A stretch of 64,000 nt of DNA from NCBI GenBank assembly GCA_964106915.2, contig OZ066920.1. One strand, 5' to 3'. The notes under the pieces were generated by a model that saw only the letters and a program-made list of their open reading frames with translations, searched no databases and had not been told where the DNA came from. The DNA is from Podarcis gaigeae (taxonomy: Eukaryota). A program made the position numbers and the translations under genes. Below, piece by piece: positions 27,561 through 40,188 of the stretch. How positions within the stretch are numbered: position 1 is the stretch's first letter; every line of letters begins with the position of its first letter.

Positions 27561-29368
27561 CTTATGTGTGTGCCCCCATCCAGCACTGATTTAATCCATG
27601 TCCACTGGCTTGCAGTCCCTAATTTCCTACCAACACATGCGGACCTTAAAGTCAAAAAAGTTGAAGTAGCAATCAAAAGAGAATTCCCATGACAGAAAGG
27701 TCAAAACAAGATCCAACAGCTATGAGACAGACTAAAATGATATATTTCCATTAGGTGAAAATGAAATGTTGATTTCTCATAAGTAGAGTAGAAATATTAA
27801 TATTTGACAAATGATCAAATTTATTCTTCATTTACATAGAATAGCTCTCTTTAATACAGCATATCTAGTAGAGGCATTGATTATGTTTCAAAGATAATCA
27901 TAAGGTTACCACATTAATAGTGAGATAATTTATATTAACGTAGTAGTTTTTTTTAGAAACCTAGTGTTAACAATTAAAAAAAACCTATTACAAATTTGGT
28001 TTCAATTTTTTTAAAAAAACCATGCGTGCGTGCGTGCATGTGTGTCTCTGAATCCACTCTGCAATTTACCACAAAGATTAACTGAAGTATGAATGTGCTT
28101 TGAACTCACAAGTTACTGTAAGCATTATGTAATGTTTTCTGTAAATAAACTAAAAAAAATAAATCATTCTGAGCCTCCACCTTCAACCCCAAAAAGCAAA
28201 AATAAAATTTAAAAAAATGACAATAGAAAACTTTCCATTATCTGGCACTTCTGGGCATTGATTAATCTATAGAAACCTTTTGGATATATTTGGATTATGT
28301 ACCAGAACATTACAACTTGATCTACTTCTCATTATTTTAGGACACAAGGCAAAGTCATTTCCTTCTACAGTTCCTCAATTTTACAAGTGATGAAATTCCA
28401 GCACTGTAGTGAACGTAAGAGCAGTCCTGTCAGATTAAAAAGTAGATCCATCTTATCCACTACATTGTTTTGAGTAATGGGCAAGGAAATACATCAGGGA
28501 TGTCCACAATCAGGGTATGAAGGCATTTATCTTCCACTGTATATGTTCTTTATGTCTTTTGTGTTGCAATAATTCCAACAATTAGACAAAAAGGCAGACT
28601 GTAAAGTTAATGTCAAAAACTTTGAATTCATATAGGAAGTTGTTTCTCCAAGGGAAATTGCAAATTCACCCCAAAGGGGAAGTTGCGGAACAGAATTAAA
28701 TGTTCTAAACAATTCAGACGTCAAAGTATCGAGGTCACACCCAGAAAGAAAATCATTAATTGAAGAGTCTAGAGCTTATCAATATGCATAGAACACTTAA
28801 AAAACACTTGCTCTTTAAAATATACTTACTCATGATACTGTATAAGACACTAGCAATAGTCCTTTTGAGTATAATCCTATTTGTATAAGTTTACCACCAT
28901 TCTCAAGCAAGTCAGCAATGCAACCTTACTTGTCCCACCACTTTCTTCCTCACCCGCTCAAGTGGCCCTGCTTCCTCTCCTCTTCCTAGCCTTGGAACAA
29001 AAGCTCTAGCCAACTTTTTAAAATAAAAAACCCAATAACTGGCTGAGAAACTGTAGTTGTTTTGTAATCCAAGATTGCTCGTATATTATTAATTATTCCA
29101 CAAAAGGTGAGAGGTGTGGAGAGAAATAGCACAACAATTTATTCATTCTTCAAATTCCTCATTTCTCACTGCCATCTTTTACATAAGATTTCTCTCCAAC
29201 TGTGGAATTCAGTCTTTGGAACAGTTAGGACATTAATCCAAAACTGGCTAGCAAAGAGAAGTAGCAAAAGAGAAATGACAACTCAAAATTCTTCAGTACA
29301 TTGTGTTATTTTTTTAAGCACAAACCTGGACACAATATTAACTCAGAAGTACTAAATAGTTACAATTA

Positions 29369-29605
29369 CAGTGGTACCTCGGGTTAAGTACGGTACTTAA
29401 TTCGTTCCGGAGGTCTGTTCTTAACCTGAAACTGTTCTTAACCTGAAGCACCACTTTAGCTAATGGGGCCTCCTGCTGCTGCTGCCGCCGCACCACCAGA
29501 GCACGATTTCTGTTCTTATCCTGAAGCAAAGTACTTAATCTGAGGTACTATTTCTGGGTTAGCGGAGTCTGTAACCTGAAGCGTATGTAACCTGAGGTAC
29601 CACTG
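29369..29605 (+). mobile_element. Tigger-like MITE
   Basis: TIRs plus TA TSD. Nearly identical to 19078-19319. Confidence 0.92.
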
Positions 29606-30613
29606 TATACCCCAAACTGGCACAAGAGCAGTAAACTGCTTCTGATGATATAAAGCAATGAGACAGTAGATAAGCAACCCAGAGGGAATAAGGATGAGTA
29701 GAAACAGAGGGTTTGGCTCTGTCCCTTTTCTTCCTCCGAGAGAAATTAACAAAAGATTATGGAAGACACACAAATATTAAAAGTGCAGAAAGGACGGTCT
29801 CTTAGACCTGGTTCTCATGATACTGTAAGCCAAGCTATGGCTCAGCAAGACCACACAAATGTATGGGCTTCCAGGGAGGAGCTTGCAGTCACTTTGCTTC
29901 TTTTTACTGCTGGGCTGAACTAACTCATGGTTAAGTTTGGCTTGCTGTGTTCTGCGAACCAGCCCATTGTCTGCATAGGTCACTTCCTCATCCATACTGA
30001 GAATATATATTTTTAATGGGCCTAAGGATAGAGCTGCTCATATAAATCAATGGAGAAATCCAATATAACTATGTAGCTGGGAATAGGCACCAGTGTCCCC
30101 CTGCCACCCCAAAAAAGTCAACAGCAAAGAGGAGAGTTTCTGTTCTAACATTATTCTTATTAGTGTAAGAGTTTTTAAAATTGACTCTGCTAATGTAATA
30201 TCCAAAGAAAGTGCAGTTCAATGTCCCCATAATGAAGGTTATTAGGGGCTATGGCTGTGAGAGTAGCTTATGACAGTCCTACCATTTAATTTCCAAGTAA
30301 TTTAGCTCAAACTGAATATTACCCAGAGTAGTCTGTAGCATTTCCAGAGTTGTTGTTATGGAACTGAAAAAGTAGCTTATAACAACCCTACAATGTAATT
30401 TGCTTTTATGCCCATATTGCAGGGTGTGGGGCAGCAGCTAGAGAGAGCAACTTACAGCAGCCCTACACTGGATTCCACGGTTAATATCACAGATCAGATG
30501 TAGAGCTGTGGCTGGTTTTGATTCCAGTTGAAAATTGTTCCTTACTCTCAGGATGTACCAAAAGTCTATCTACTTTAATGCCTCCCTCAGACATCCTTCT
30601 AGACCACATCAAA

Positions 30614-30616
<3 letters not shown>

Positions 30617-30659
<43 letters not shown>
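30617..30659. repeat. (AC)n microsatellite
   Basis: About 21 units. Confidence 0.95.
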
Positions 30660-30664
<5 letters not shown>

Positions 30665-30737
30665 TGTGGCCCATACATGAGAGACAACAGTCCATAAAAA
30701 AAGATTTAATTTAATTAATTTAATTTAAAAAATTGGA

Positions 30738-30826
30738 TTCACAGAATCACAGAGCTGGAAGGGTCCCTGAAGATCATCTAGTCCAACCCCCTGCAATGCA
30801 GGAACATGCAGCTATCCCATATGGGA
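30738..30826 (-). mobile_element. SINE fragment with a CR1-like 3' tail
   Basis: cacagaatcacagagctggaagggtccctgaagatcatctagtccaaccccctgc is the reverse complement of a CR1 3' terminus. Confidence 0.6.
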
Positions 30827-31537
30827 TAAGCAGTGTGTATGGCATAAGGGGATTCAAACCCCTGCCTTGCATGCAGTGGAGACAGGTGTGTGCGCCATGC
30901 TGTCTGCAATGGGAAACTGCTCTGGAGGCTTGCTCCATCACTGCAAGTACATGGGTCCTTTCCACATTCACGTCCTGCTCATTCCTAGAACTTGTGAGTC
31001 CCCACCAAAGATGAGCAGGGGGAGAAGGATCCCCCGTCTTCACAGATCTCCATACTTCCAGTGTGGACATCCAGACATCCATGCCTCCAGACATCCATGC
31101 CCCAAGACCAGAAGTCTACACAGGAGTTGCAAGGTTCCTGACCAACTCTTAGACACCCCTCCCACCTTAAAACCCCAAGGCCTGAGGGGACGGGGGCATC
31201 AGGGCCACCCGCAAAATACCCATCAATCTAAATGCGAGGCTGCTTGGGAAGATAATGAAGTATGTGTAAACAGTTGATTGGATCAGGCTAGCTGAGAACC
31301 TGGAAGGGATGAAACTTCCAACTCCTATACTGTGTAAGTTCTCTGCCTGACTGGAACTGAACTGAGAAAATGGACAGTGTAGTCAAAATGGGAGTAACAC
31401 CATGTCCTCTCTGTGATACAGTAATGTCACTTCTGTAACATCACCATTACAGCTCATGAATTATGGGCACCAGCAATAGTGCCACAAGCATGGGATAAGT
31501 GCTGCTGCTGCTGATCCATCTTGTGGAGCATATTGTA

Positions 31538-31763
31538 CAGTGGTACCTTGGGTTACATATGCTTCAGGTTACAGACTCCGCTAACCCAGAAATAGTACCT
31601 CGGGTTAAGAACTTTGCTTCAGGATGAGAACAGAAATCGTGCTCTGGTGGCGCGGCGGCAGCAGGAGGTCCCATTAGCTAAAGTGGTGCTTCAGGTTAAG
31701 AACAGTTTCAGGTTAAGAACAGACCTCCGGAACGAATTAAGTACTTAACCCAAGGTACCACTG
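31538..31763 (-). mobile_element. Tigger-like MITE
   Basis: TIRs plus TA TSD. Confidence 0.92.
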
Positions 31764-32572
31764 TATTTCCTGTTCTGGGCTGGACATATATAATGCATAC
31801 TGGATATCACACTGACATAACGGCAACATCTCTCCCCAACCCCCAACATAACTTGAGCATAGGACTGCTTTGTTGGTTACCCCACCTAAAACAGAGGTAC
31901 ATCATCACCTTCATCAATTTTATCATCAATTTAAGTGTCAAAATAAGACATCCATCTCTTGTTTTATTTCCACTGTAGCAGGGAAGATCTCAGATAACTA
32001 ACGGGTGTATCTATAGCAGATCTCAGATTGGGATGAATGCTGTTATAGAATTGCATCACTTGAGTTCTGGGGAAAAAATATTTTAACTATTTCCAATTGT
32101 TTGTGGATTTGATTAAACTCTTATTTTAAAAGGCACAATTTGTATGCACGTATATTGTTTTTTTTCCTCCTCTATGCTGATTGTTTAGATATCTTGTATT
32201 TTATATTTGCCTTATTTATGATTATTATCAGAGACCCTTCTGCAGTTGCTCCCCCCATATGAAGCAAGGAAAGGGGAAACAGGGAAATGGTTTTCTCTTT
32301 AGAGGGACCTCACTTCTGAAATGCTCTCCCTAAGAACTGGTCTCCTGGTGTGATCAACTGCAGCTGCCAGACCAATTTTTAAAAATTTGTCCAGAATATA
32401 ATTGTGAGTTTTCTACTTGCAGCTGGCTATTAATGTTCTGAGTATTGCTTTGATTTATTTTTATTTAATTTTTTGGTTATTTATTCTAATTCAAGGGTTG
32501 TTCAGTTTTTAAGGCTGTGAACATATCTGTAAGCCAATGAAACAGTGCTGGGCACCCATAAACCACAACCAA

Positions 32573-32573
<1 letters not shown>

Positions 32574-32608
<35 letters not shown>
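32574..32608. repeat. (AC)n microsatellite
   Basis: About 17 units. Confidence 0.95.
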
Positions 32609-32611
<3 letters not shown>

Positions 32612-32687
32612 CCATTTGCTACAATAAAGTGCTTCTTTCAAGGCTAATTTCAGTGGGGGTGGGCGGGCTGTGACCCCAATTTTAGTA

Positions 32688-32904
32688 CAGTGGTACCTCG
32701 AGTTATGAACTTAATTTGTTCCAGAGGTCCGTTCTTAACCTGAAACTGTTCTTAACCTGAGGTGCGCTTTCGCTAATGGGGCTTCCCACTGGTGCCAGCG
32801 CGTGATTTCCCTCCTCATCCTGGGGCAAAGTTCTAAACCTGAGGTACTACTTCCAGGTTAGTGGAGTCTGTAACCTGAAGTATTTGTAACCCAAGGTACC
32901 ACTG
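32688..32904 (+). mobile_element. Tigger-like MITE (second subfamily, ctcgagtt/cctggggc diagnostic)
   Basis: TIRs plus TA TSD. Confidence 0.9.
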
Positions 32905-32988
32905 TATTTAGTACTTACTGTTAGTTTTTGTAAAACACTTACAGATCTTTTAGATGAACAGACAGACTATAGTGTGGTGTAGTGGTCA

Positions 32989-33489
32989 ATCACTATAGAT
33001 GTTGACAGCAGTCACAAAATTAAAAGACAACTGCTTCTTGGGAGAAAAGCAACGACAAACCTAGACAGCATCTTAAAAAGCAGAGACATCACCTTGCCGA
33101 CAAGGTCCGTATAGTTAAAGCTATGGTTTTCCCAGTAGTGATGTATGGAAGTGAGAGTTGGACCATAAAGAAGGCTGATTGCCGAAGAATTGATGCTTTT
33201 GAATTATGGTGCTGGAGGAGACTCTTGAGAGTCCCATGGACTGCAAGAAGATCAAACCTATCCATTCTTAAGGAAATCAGCCATGAGTGCTCACTGGAAG
33301 GACAGATCCTGAAGCTGAGGCTCCAATACTTTGGCCATCTCATGAGAAGAGAAGACTCCGTGGAAAAGACCCTGATGTTGGGAAAGATGGAGGGCACAAG
33401 GAGAAGGGGACAACAGAGGACGAGATGGTTGGACAATGTTCTGGAAGCTACCAGCATGAGTTTGACCAAACTGCGGGAGGCAGTGGAAG
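32989..33489 (+). mobile_element. Bov-B (RTE clade) LINE ORF C-terminal fragment
   Basis: LLLGRKATTNLDSILKSRDITLPT, then a 1-nt frameshift, then KAMVFPVVMYGSESWTIKKADCRRIDAFELWCWRRLLRVPWTARRSN...LKLRLQYFGHLMRR. This is the hallmark Bov-B sequence. Confidence 0.95.
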
Positions 33490-36400
33490 AGGAAGGGAAA
33501 GGAGATTGTTAGCCGCTTTGAGACTCCTTAGGGTAGTGATAAAGTGGGATATCAAATTCAAATCAAAACATTCATAGATCACTTTTAGTTGCACCAAAAA
33601 ACCTTATGTGCTTCTTAGGAAGGCTTCTGAACAGCAGTATCTTCTCTCTTTCAACCTGTTTCTGTACTGCAGAGTTTCCGGCACCTGTATTATCTCCTCT
33701 CACAATGTCTTATATAATGAGATATGCTTTAGTCATGGGAACCAATATTTCCTTGACTTGGATACCCTTATCTTTTATTTAGTGTCTTTTATCAATGCAA
33801 ATCCTCTCCCTTGGGTTTCTCCACCTGCACCATTACACTCCTGCCCACCCACATCCTTTACCTGCTCCTCTGTAGGTTTATCATGGCACTAAAGTTGTTG
33901 ACAAAATCTTACAAGTTAGAACACATACTATATTCTCAGTACAATCATATTCAGTATGCAAGGCTGAGCAAGTAAAGGTTTTCTAAATTCCTTTTCTGTA
34001 GAAACAACACCTATTTCATAGCACATAACAAATTTTATTTGATCGTATTGGCTGCAGCGTGAAATAGGCATTCATCCTTCAACATGCAAAAATTAGTTTT
34101 AAAAGTGTAAAAGACCCACAAAACACTTTAAAAATGCTGGGTCTACATGTTATCAGCACCATCCATAGTTGCCGCTAGTCACACCAAAACGTTAAGATGC
34201 CTATTGCAGAAGTCCTGGTCATGCTTCTGGGACTGTTTTACTTTCTCCACAGCACAGACTAGAACACTATAAAAAGACCTGCAAGCTGAATGGCTTGGAG
34301 ACTCTGGCAAGACCCCCAGAAGGAGTGTATACACAGCAAGCAATGATAGCTCTATAGTGCTATCTCCAAGTTTCTGAAAAACTATTATCTGAACATTGTC
34401 AACGCAACCACAAATCAGAAAGGAACCAATTAAAATCTAGATTAAGCTCCAAATGTTTAGCAGCACACTTGCTACTTAGTGGATGGACTAAAATAAAGAG
34501 ATGCCTAAAACCAAAGAAACAATGGCATGGTTCATTTAAAAAAACCCACTACAAAAGGACCAGGGGTGGAAGGGAGATGGAAGCTGAATGCTGGATCATG
34601 AGAAGTTCCTCCTTTCTTTGGATGATGCTCTTCTGGACCCAACTTTATTTCTGGTTGTACCAATTCAGGTTTACATGACTGAATGCTCCTCCATGCAACA
34701 AAATAAAATAAAAATAAATAAATCCCTGCAGATTTAGATAGTGGGGTTCCAGCCATTCTCCCTGATTTCCTAGTTTTCTACGTGTCGAAATATTTTTTTT
34801 CATGGAGGGCATTCCACTGTGGGAGCCTTCATCTGCAATCTGATACATAGGTTTATCAATTCAACTGTTTGTGAGAACTAATACAATATCAATGTACAAA
34901 GTTGCAAAAATCGGTAAGGGTTTATAAACTACTTTGAAACCAAAGCACCATTTTAGATGTAAAACTAAAGCAAACAAGGCAAGCAAGTAAATACCAAAAA
35001 ACTTTTTATTGGCAGAAAAAGAACAATAAAAATTCCTTCTTCTCTTTCTCCCCACAGGAAAAAGAAAACAAGACAAGGTCTTTTACACAAGATACAGGAA
35101 ATCATTGAAACCGAGTGACACCTAGTGATGAGCACCAAGTTGATCAGACTTAACTCTCCCACATAGTTAAGATAAGGGAGCAAGCTCTGACAGGTAGCTG
35201 TTCAGGAGTGGGTGTTGAACCATGGGAACCTGGTACAACTCTGTTTCTCTCCCTTAAAAACCAAACACCAAGTGAACTAAGACCCAGAGCTGAGACATAA
35301 CTCCAAAAAACAAGCTGGTAATGAAACCAGATGAAACAACATTTTTAGTTAATTATCTACTTAATTCTCTCCCTCCTTCTCTCAGGCAAGAACTCCCCCC
35401 TCCACCCAAAATGGACTGGTTCCAGTTCCTTTATTAATGCACAAACCCCCAAACACAAACAAATCCTAAGATAAAGGGTGACGGTGGATTATTTCCATTT
35501 GTGCTTTATATATCAACAATCGTTTTGAAGACAGATTAGTGGCAGCCAGACTTTATATTTGTTGTAACAAATATCATACTGCTAGCTATTTTATGGCATT
35601 GTCAAACAGATGCTTTTGCCAGGGGTTCCCAAATTCTTGCGAACAGTGCTGTTACTGGAAATGAGGAAAGCGGAGGGGGGCAGGGATGCAGTGTGATTTG
35701 TGGCAGGGCTACAGGAAGGAAAAGCTATGCAAAGTAGAAGCAACGGCAGTCCACTAAACAGGAAGATGGAGCAAGATGAATAAAGTTGGTTGGGGTTTTT
35801 TCACAATTACAGAGTGCAGCCTTGAGGAAGGATCCATCAAAGTTCACTTGAAGCCTATCAAACAGACTTGCATTTCTGTTGCCGTAGCAGACACTCTCAG
35901 AAGAACTCCCAGATTTGTGGACAGTAATTAAAACACATATAAACAAATAGCCAAGATTGGGACCGGATCTATTTTTATCACAAGCAGAGACAGAACACCG
36001 AGACATCAACAGAACTCTCAGTGTCAAGAAAAAGAGGCATGTCTGCCTTGCATTTCTCTTAAGCAAAAGGGGGGAAAGAATATCATTAAACCATATCAGC
36101 CAAGTCACACTTTTATGTTTTAAAACATAAGCGTTCCCTCAAAAACTCACTTTTAAATCAATTTCAGTTACATTAAAACCCCCTTTCATTTCTTTGCAGA
36201 GTTTCCCGTGACAGAGGTACGTTTCATGCAAAGACAGGACTGGCATTCCTCACCCAGCGAGAGCCTACGCTGAAACTTATTTGAATGAACTTGACCCTCC
36301 TTGGCTGCAGGCCACTACGCAACGTCACTCAATGACTTAACAGAACACAGTGTTCTTGGCACAAACACAAAAATGTGCTGAAAGCCATGCTGGAGAGAAT

Positions 36401-37271
36401 CTAAGTATAACATTTCACATTAATAAAAAGAACAAGTAATAAAGAGATAGTAAACACAACGCCAGAAGTAGTAATCTGAATGTTTGTTTGCTGAAGGAAG
36501 TTGTTTTTAATGGCCCTCAGTGCTTCTCCTTCCTCACCCCCACTTAACAGAAAAGTAAATTTACGGGCAAGGTTCTCTGAACTGAGCCCCTATCTCGCCA
36601 CACCCTCAATTCCTCTTCAAATCCAAGCCCACACACATTCCCTGTCCTGCTTTCCCTCACTGCTATACCTGGAAAATTCCAATTCACCTTTTAGCTTATA
36701 AGAGAAGGGAGGGACAGCCTGTTAAACCAACAACAATCCATGATTCACTTCCTGTAAAAATCTTGCTGCAGATGCTACATGGCAAGCTTTCCCCACAATT
36801 CTTCTGTTAGAATAAGTTATGTCATTTGTAAATGGCATATGCTAATCCTGTCATGAGATTAAACAGCAAGTAGTGGAGGCTACCAAAATCAATTTAATGT
36901 ATCATGAACTCAGTGCACTTCCTGCATGCAAATAAGCTGATATTACCACCTCCCCCATTTCCTCATTTGGGATTTCCCCACATTTTCTTCCCAGTGCCCT
37001 GTGCCAACTTCCACCTCTCTCCTTTTTGCACTCAATTTCTAACACAGCTGACCTACTTTTTCCTACCTCCCCCTTTAGTAGTGAATTTTTTAGATCTTCC
37101 TCTGCTGTATCTGTAAACAAAAAAATTGAAATTTTTTTGAAAACTGTTTACATATTCGAATAAGTAAGGTGGCAATCATATAGATTCGCATAATTTACAA
37201 TAACAAATGCGTATTCTTGGTATAGAATTTGGGACTCTGACATAGGTTTTTTTCCTACTTCAGCGTAACTA

Positions 37272-37535
37272 AAAAAGGTAAAGGTAAAGGATCCATGACA
37301 GTTAAGTCCAGTGGCGAATGACTCTGGGGTTGTGGCGCTCATCGTGCTTTACTGGCTGAGGGAGTCAACATTTGTCCGCAGACAGGTTTTCTGGATCATG
37401 TGGCCAGAATGACTAAGCAGCTTCTGGTGAAACCAGAGCAGCACACAGAAATGCCGTTTACCTTCCTGCCAGAGCGGTACCTATTTATCTGCTTGCACTT
37501 TGACGTGCTTTCAAACTGCTAGGTTGGTAGGAGCT
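37272..37535 (-). mobile_element. Sauria SINE (Squam1), 5'-truncated
   Basis: Reversed (accttt)n tail aaggtaaaggtaaagg and conserved body. TSD gcgtaactaaaa/gcgtaactagaa. Confidence 0.9.
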
Positions 37536-37739
37536 GCGTAACTAGAATGATAAAAAAGGAGTAGAATTAGAATAAATAGCATGGAATTTATCTTGACCTG
37601 GAATCCTATGCGCAATTACACAGGAGTAACCCCATTGGATTTGGTGGAGCTTTTGAGTAAACTGCACAGGCCAAGATTCTTAATTTGAGAATGTAAATTA
37701 TGCACTGAAAATTATGCAAATCTATATATAACAGTCATG

Positions 37740-37866
37740 CTTAGTCATGCTGGCCACATGACCCGGAAGCTGTACGCCGGCTCCCTCGGCCAATAAAGCG
37801 AGATGAGCGCTGCAACCCCAGAGTTGGTCACGACTGGACCTAATGGTCAGGGGTCCCTTTACCTTA
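37740..37866 (+). mobile_element. Sauria SINE 3' fragment
   Basis: ctggccacatgacccggaagctg...gagatgagcgctgcaaccccagag...ccctttacctt. Confidence 0.88.
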
Positions 37867-39062
37867 CACATATAATATGTCTAAATTGATCTACATATTG
37901 CCAGATTTTGAGATCAGAATATAAGTGTCATAGTACAGCAACAAACAGTTCAGATTTCATTATCTATTTAGATAAACAAAAATATATTTTTCATCAATTC
38001 ATTTTAAACTTATACAAATTTGTTTGGATCTGTACTTACCAGTTCAGGCTCTTTTGAAAACAGCACTCAAATGGCATTTAATAAGCCTAGAGCCTGTTCG
38101 ACTCAACCACCCACTATTTGCAAGATTTAAACTCAAACTGTTTCTGAATTAACAAACAAAACAGCACCAAATAGAAGCTGGAGCTCCACACAAGGCTAAG
38201 CTCCCCCAGTTGATTTCTTCCTATTAAAAAAGTTCTACTTATATCAGAGAAAAATATGCAGTATTGCCATCCTCATCTGATTAAAATAAATCTAGTTAAA
38301 TTCAAAATAATGCTACATTCCTTGGGAATCCGCTGCCAATGATTGAAGACTGTACACAGCTAAATGGACTAATGGTCTGATACAGTATAAAATAGGTGAT
38401 ATTTATCGGTATATCTTCACAGTTTCACAGTAATATAGAGTGCTTTATCGGATGTAAATAAAATGCTACTGACAAAATGGAAGCAGAAATGTGCACTTTT
38501 GCCAAATCACATGGGTTTATTTTTATTTTTTAAATGCTTTTTACGAGTTTTTCACAAACAAAAATAAAACTTAATCTTTTACAGTCATCATTTTATGTCA
38601 TTTTATTTACACTGCGTAGATTCACGCCCAGACTTCCTTCCTTCCCTGCTTCGGTTTTCTTAATATATATGTTCTCTTGCAGATTCTTATTCACCTTCTA
38701 TACACATCACAGGATTTATGTTAGCCCTGCTTCTACTTCTACAGTTAGTTCTTATGTTTGCAACAAATTTACCCCATTCTTCTTCAAACTTTGTCCCTTT
38801 TTGGTCTCGAATTTTATAAGTTATTTTAGCTAATTATTATTATTTTAGCTAATTAGCCTGCCACTCCATTACCTTTGGGGTCTCCTGTAATTTCCACTTT
38901 TGAGCCACAAGCCAAATCACATGGGTTTAAATCCAGACTTATTCATGCATATGGCAGGCCCATTGAAATCAATGGAACATAAATTAATCCAGACTGAATT
39001 CAACACATTATTTCTCTTATTTCTTAAATGGGGAGCTACATTATTCTGACTTCAACTCCTTC

Positions 39063-39912
39063 AGGTGCCAAGGTGCCATCAGTATGCTGGTGACATTCAG
39101 CTCTATTTCTCCATAACATCTGAATCAAGAGAGACAGTGTGGGCACTGGACTCGTGCCTGGATGCAGTGGTGGAACAGATGAGAGAAAATAAGCTAAGCT
39201 TGAACCATGACAAGACTAGGGCACTGTTCCTGAGAAATTGGTCAGTTGCCTTCCCTGGACAGGCCCATTCCCCTGAAGGAGCAGGCACTCAGTTTGGGGG
39301 TGTTTCTGGATCCATCTCTACGACTGGAGGCCCCAGTAGATTTAGTGTACAGAAGCACCTTACAAATGGTATGACAGCTACATTTGGTCCTGGACCTGAT
39401 CCAGAAGCTGCAGTTAGTGCAGAATGTTGCAGCACAGTTCCTGACAGAAGGAAGACCCTGTCACTATATAACACATCTTCAGGGTGTTAATATTAGTGTA
39501 TAAAGCCCCTAATAGCTTGAGACCAATAAACTTGTGGAATCGCCTTAACCCATATATGCCCACTCAACCACTTCAGTTTGCAGAACTGGCACTATTACAG
39601 GTGCCACACAAGACTCTCTCCACACCTGTAAGAAATCAATATTTTTGTCTGGCAACGCCTATACCTTGGAATTCCCCAACTACTGGTATATTTTATTGGC
39701 ATCTGCTTGGAACGTTTTCATTTAGGCAAGCCTATACAGACATGGAGAAGTTACATGTGTGGTTTTTTCTTTTTCTTTTTAACCACTGTTGATTTTAAAT
39801 ATCATTTTAAATATCATTTTATCAAGAACTGAAATGTTTTAATTTATATTTTTGAAAAATGCTTAGAAGTTTTCTTACAATCAAGCAGTATATAAATTTT
39901 GTTAAATAAAAT
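39063..39912 (+). mobile_element. L2 LINE 3' portion (RT YADD region to tail), decayed
   Basis: CHQYAGDIQLYFS, MRENKLSLNHDKT, IQKLQLVQN and LVYKAPNSL motifs, with an A-rich tail. Confidence 0.85.
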
Positions 39913-39919
39913 AGATAAA

Positions 39920-40188
39920 AATCCCCCCTCACTACTCTCTAGAACTGACCCTGCAAGAACCCCCATGAATCAACGTCCCAGAGGCTCATTCCACAGAGAC
40001 AGTCCAGAAGGATATCAAGTTTGGTGGTATCAAAGCCGTGGACAAATCAAGCAGAAGAAGCAAGACCACACTCTCCTTATCCCTCTGCCAATGAAGATCA
40101 TCCATCAGGGTGACCAAGGAAGATTCAGTCCCAAGACCAGACCTGAACCCAGACTGAAATTTGTCAAGATAACCAGTTTCATCCAAGG
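39920..40188 (-). mobile_element. L2 RT fragment (upstream RT domains), inverted
   Basis: LDETGYLDKFQSGFRSGLGTESSLVTLMDDL...LLLLDLSTA is the L2 QSGFR/LLDLSAAFD region. Confidence 0.85.

Noticed and set aside
21494-32608. Complementary (GT)n and (AC)n tracts as splice-site bridging elements
   Set aside because: They are many kb from the intron ends, and such microsatellites are common in this kind of genome.
36200-36216. 17-nt plus-strand microexon (ttctttgcAG|...GAG|GTACGT)
   Set aside because: It is antisense to SPIDR, not a multiple of 3, and has no partner exons. Such a pair is expected by chance.
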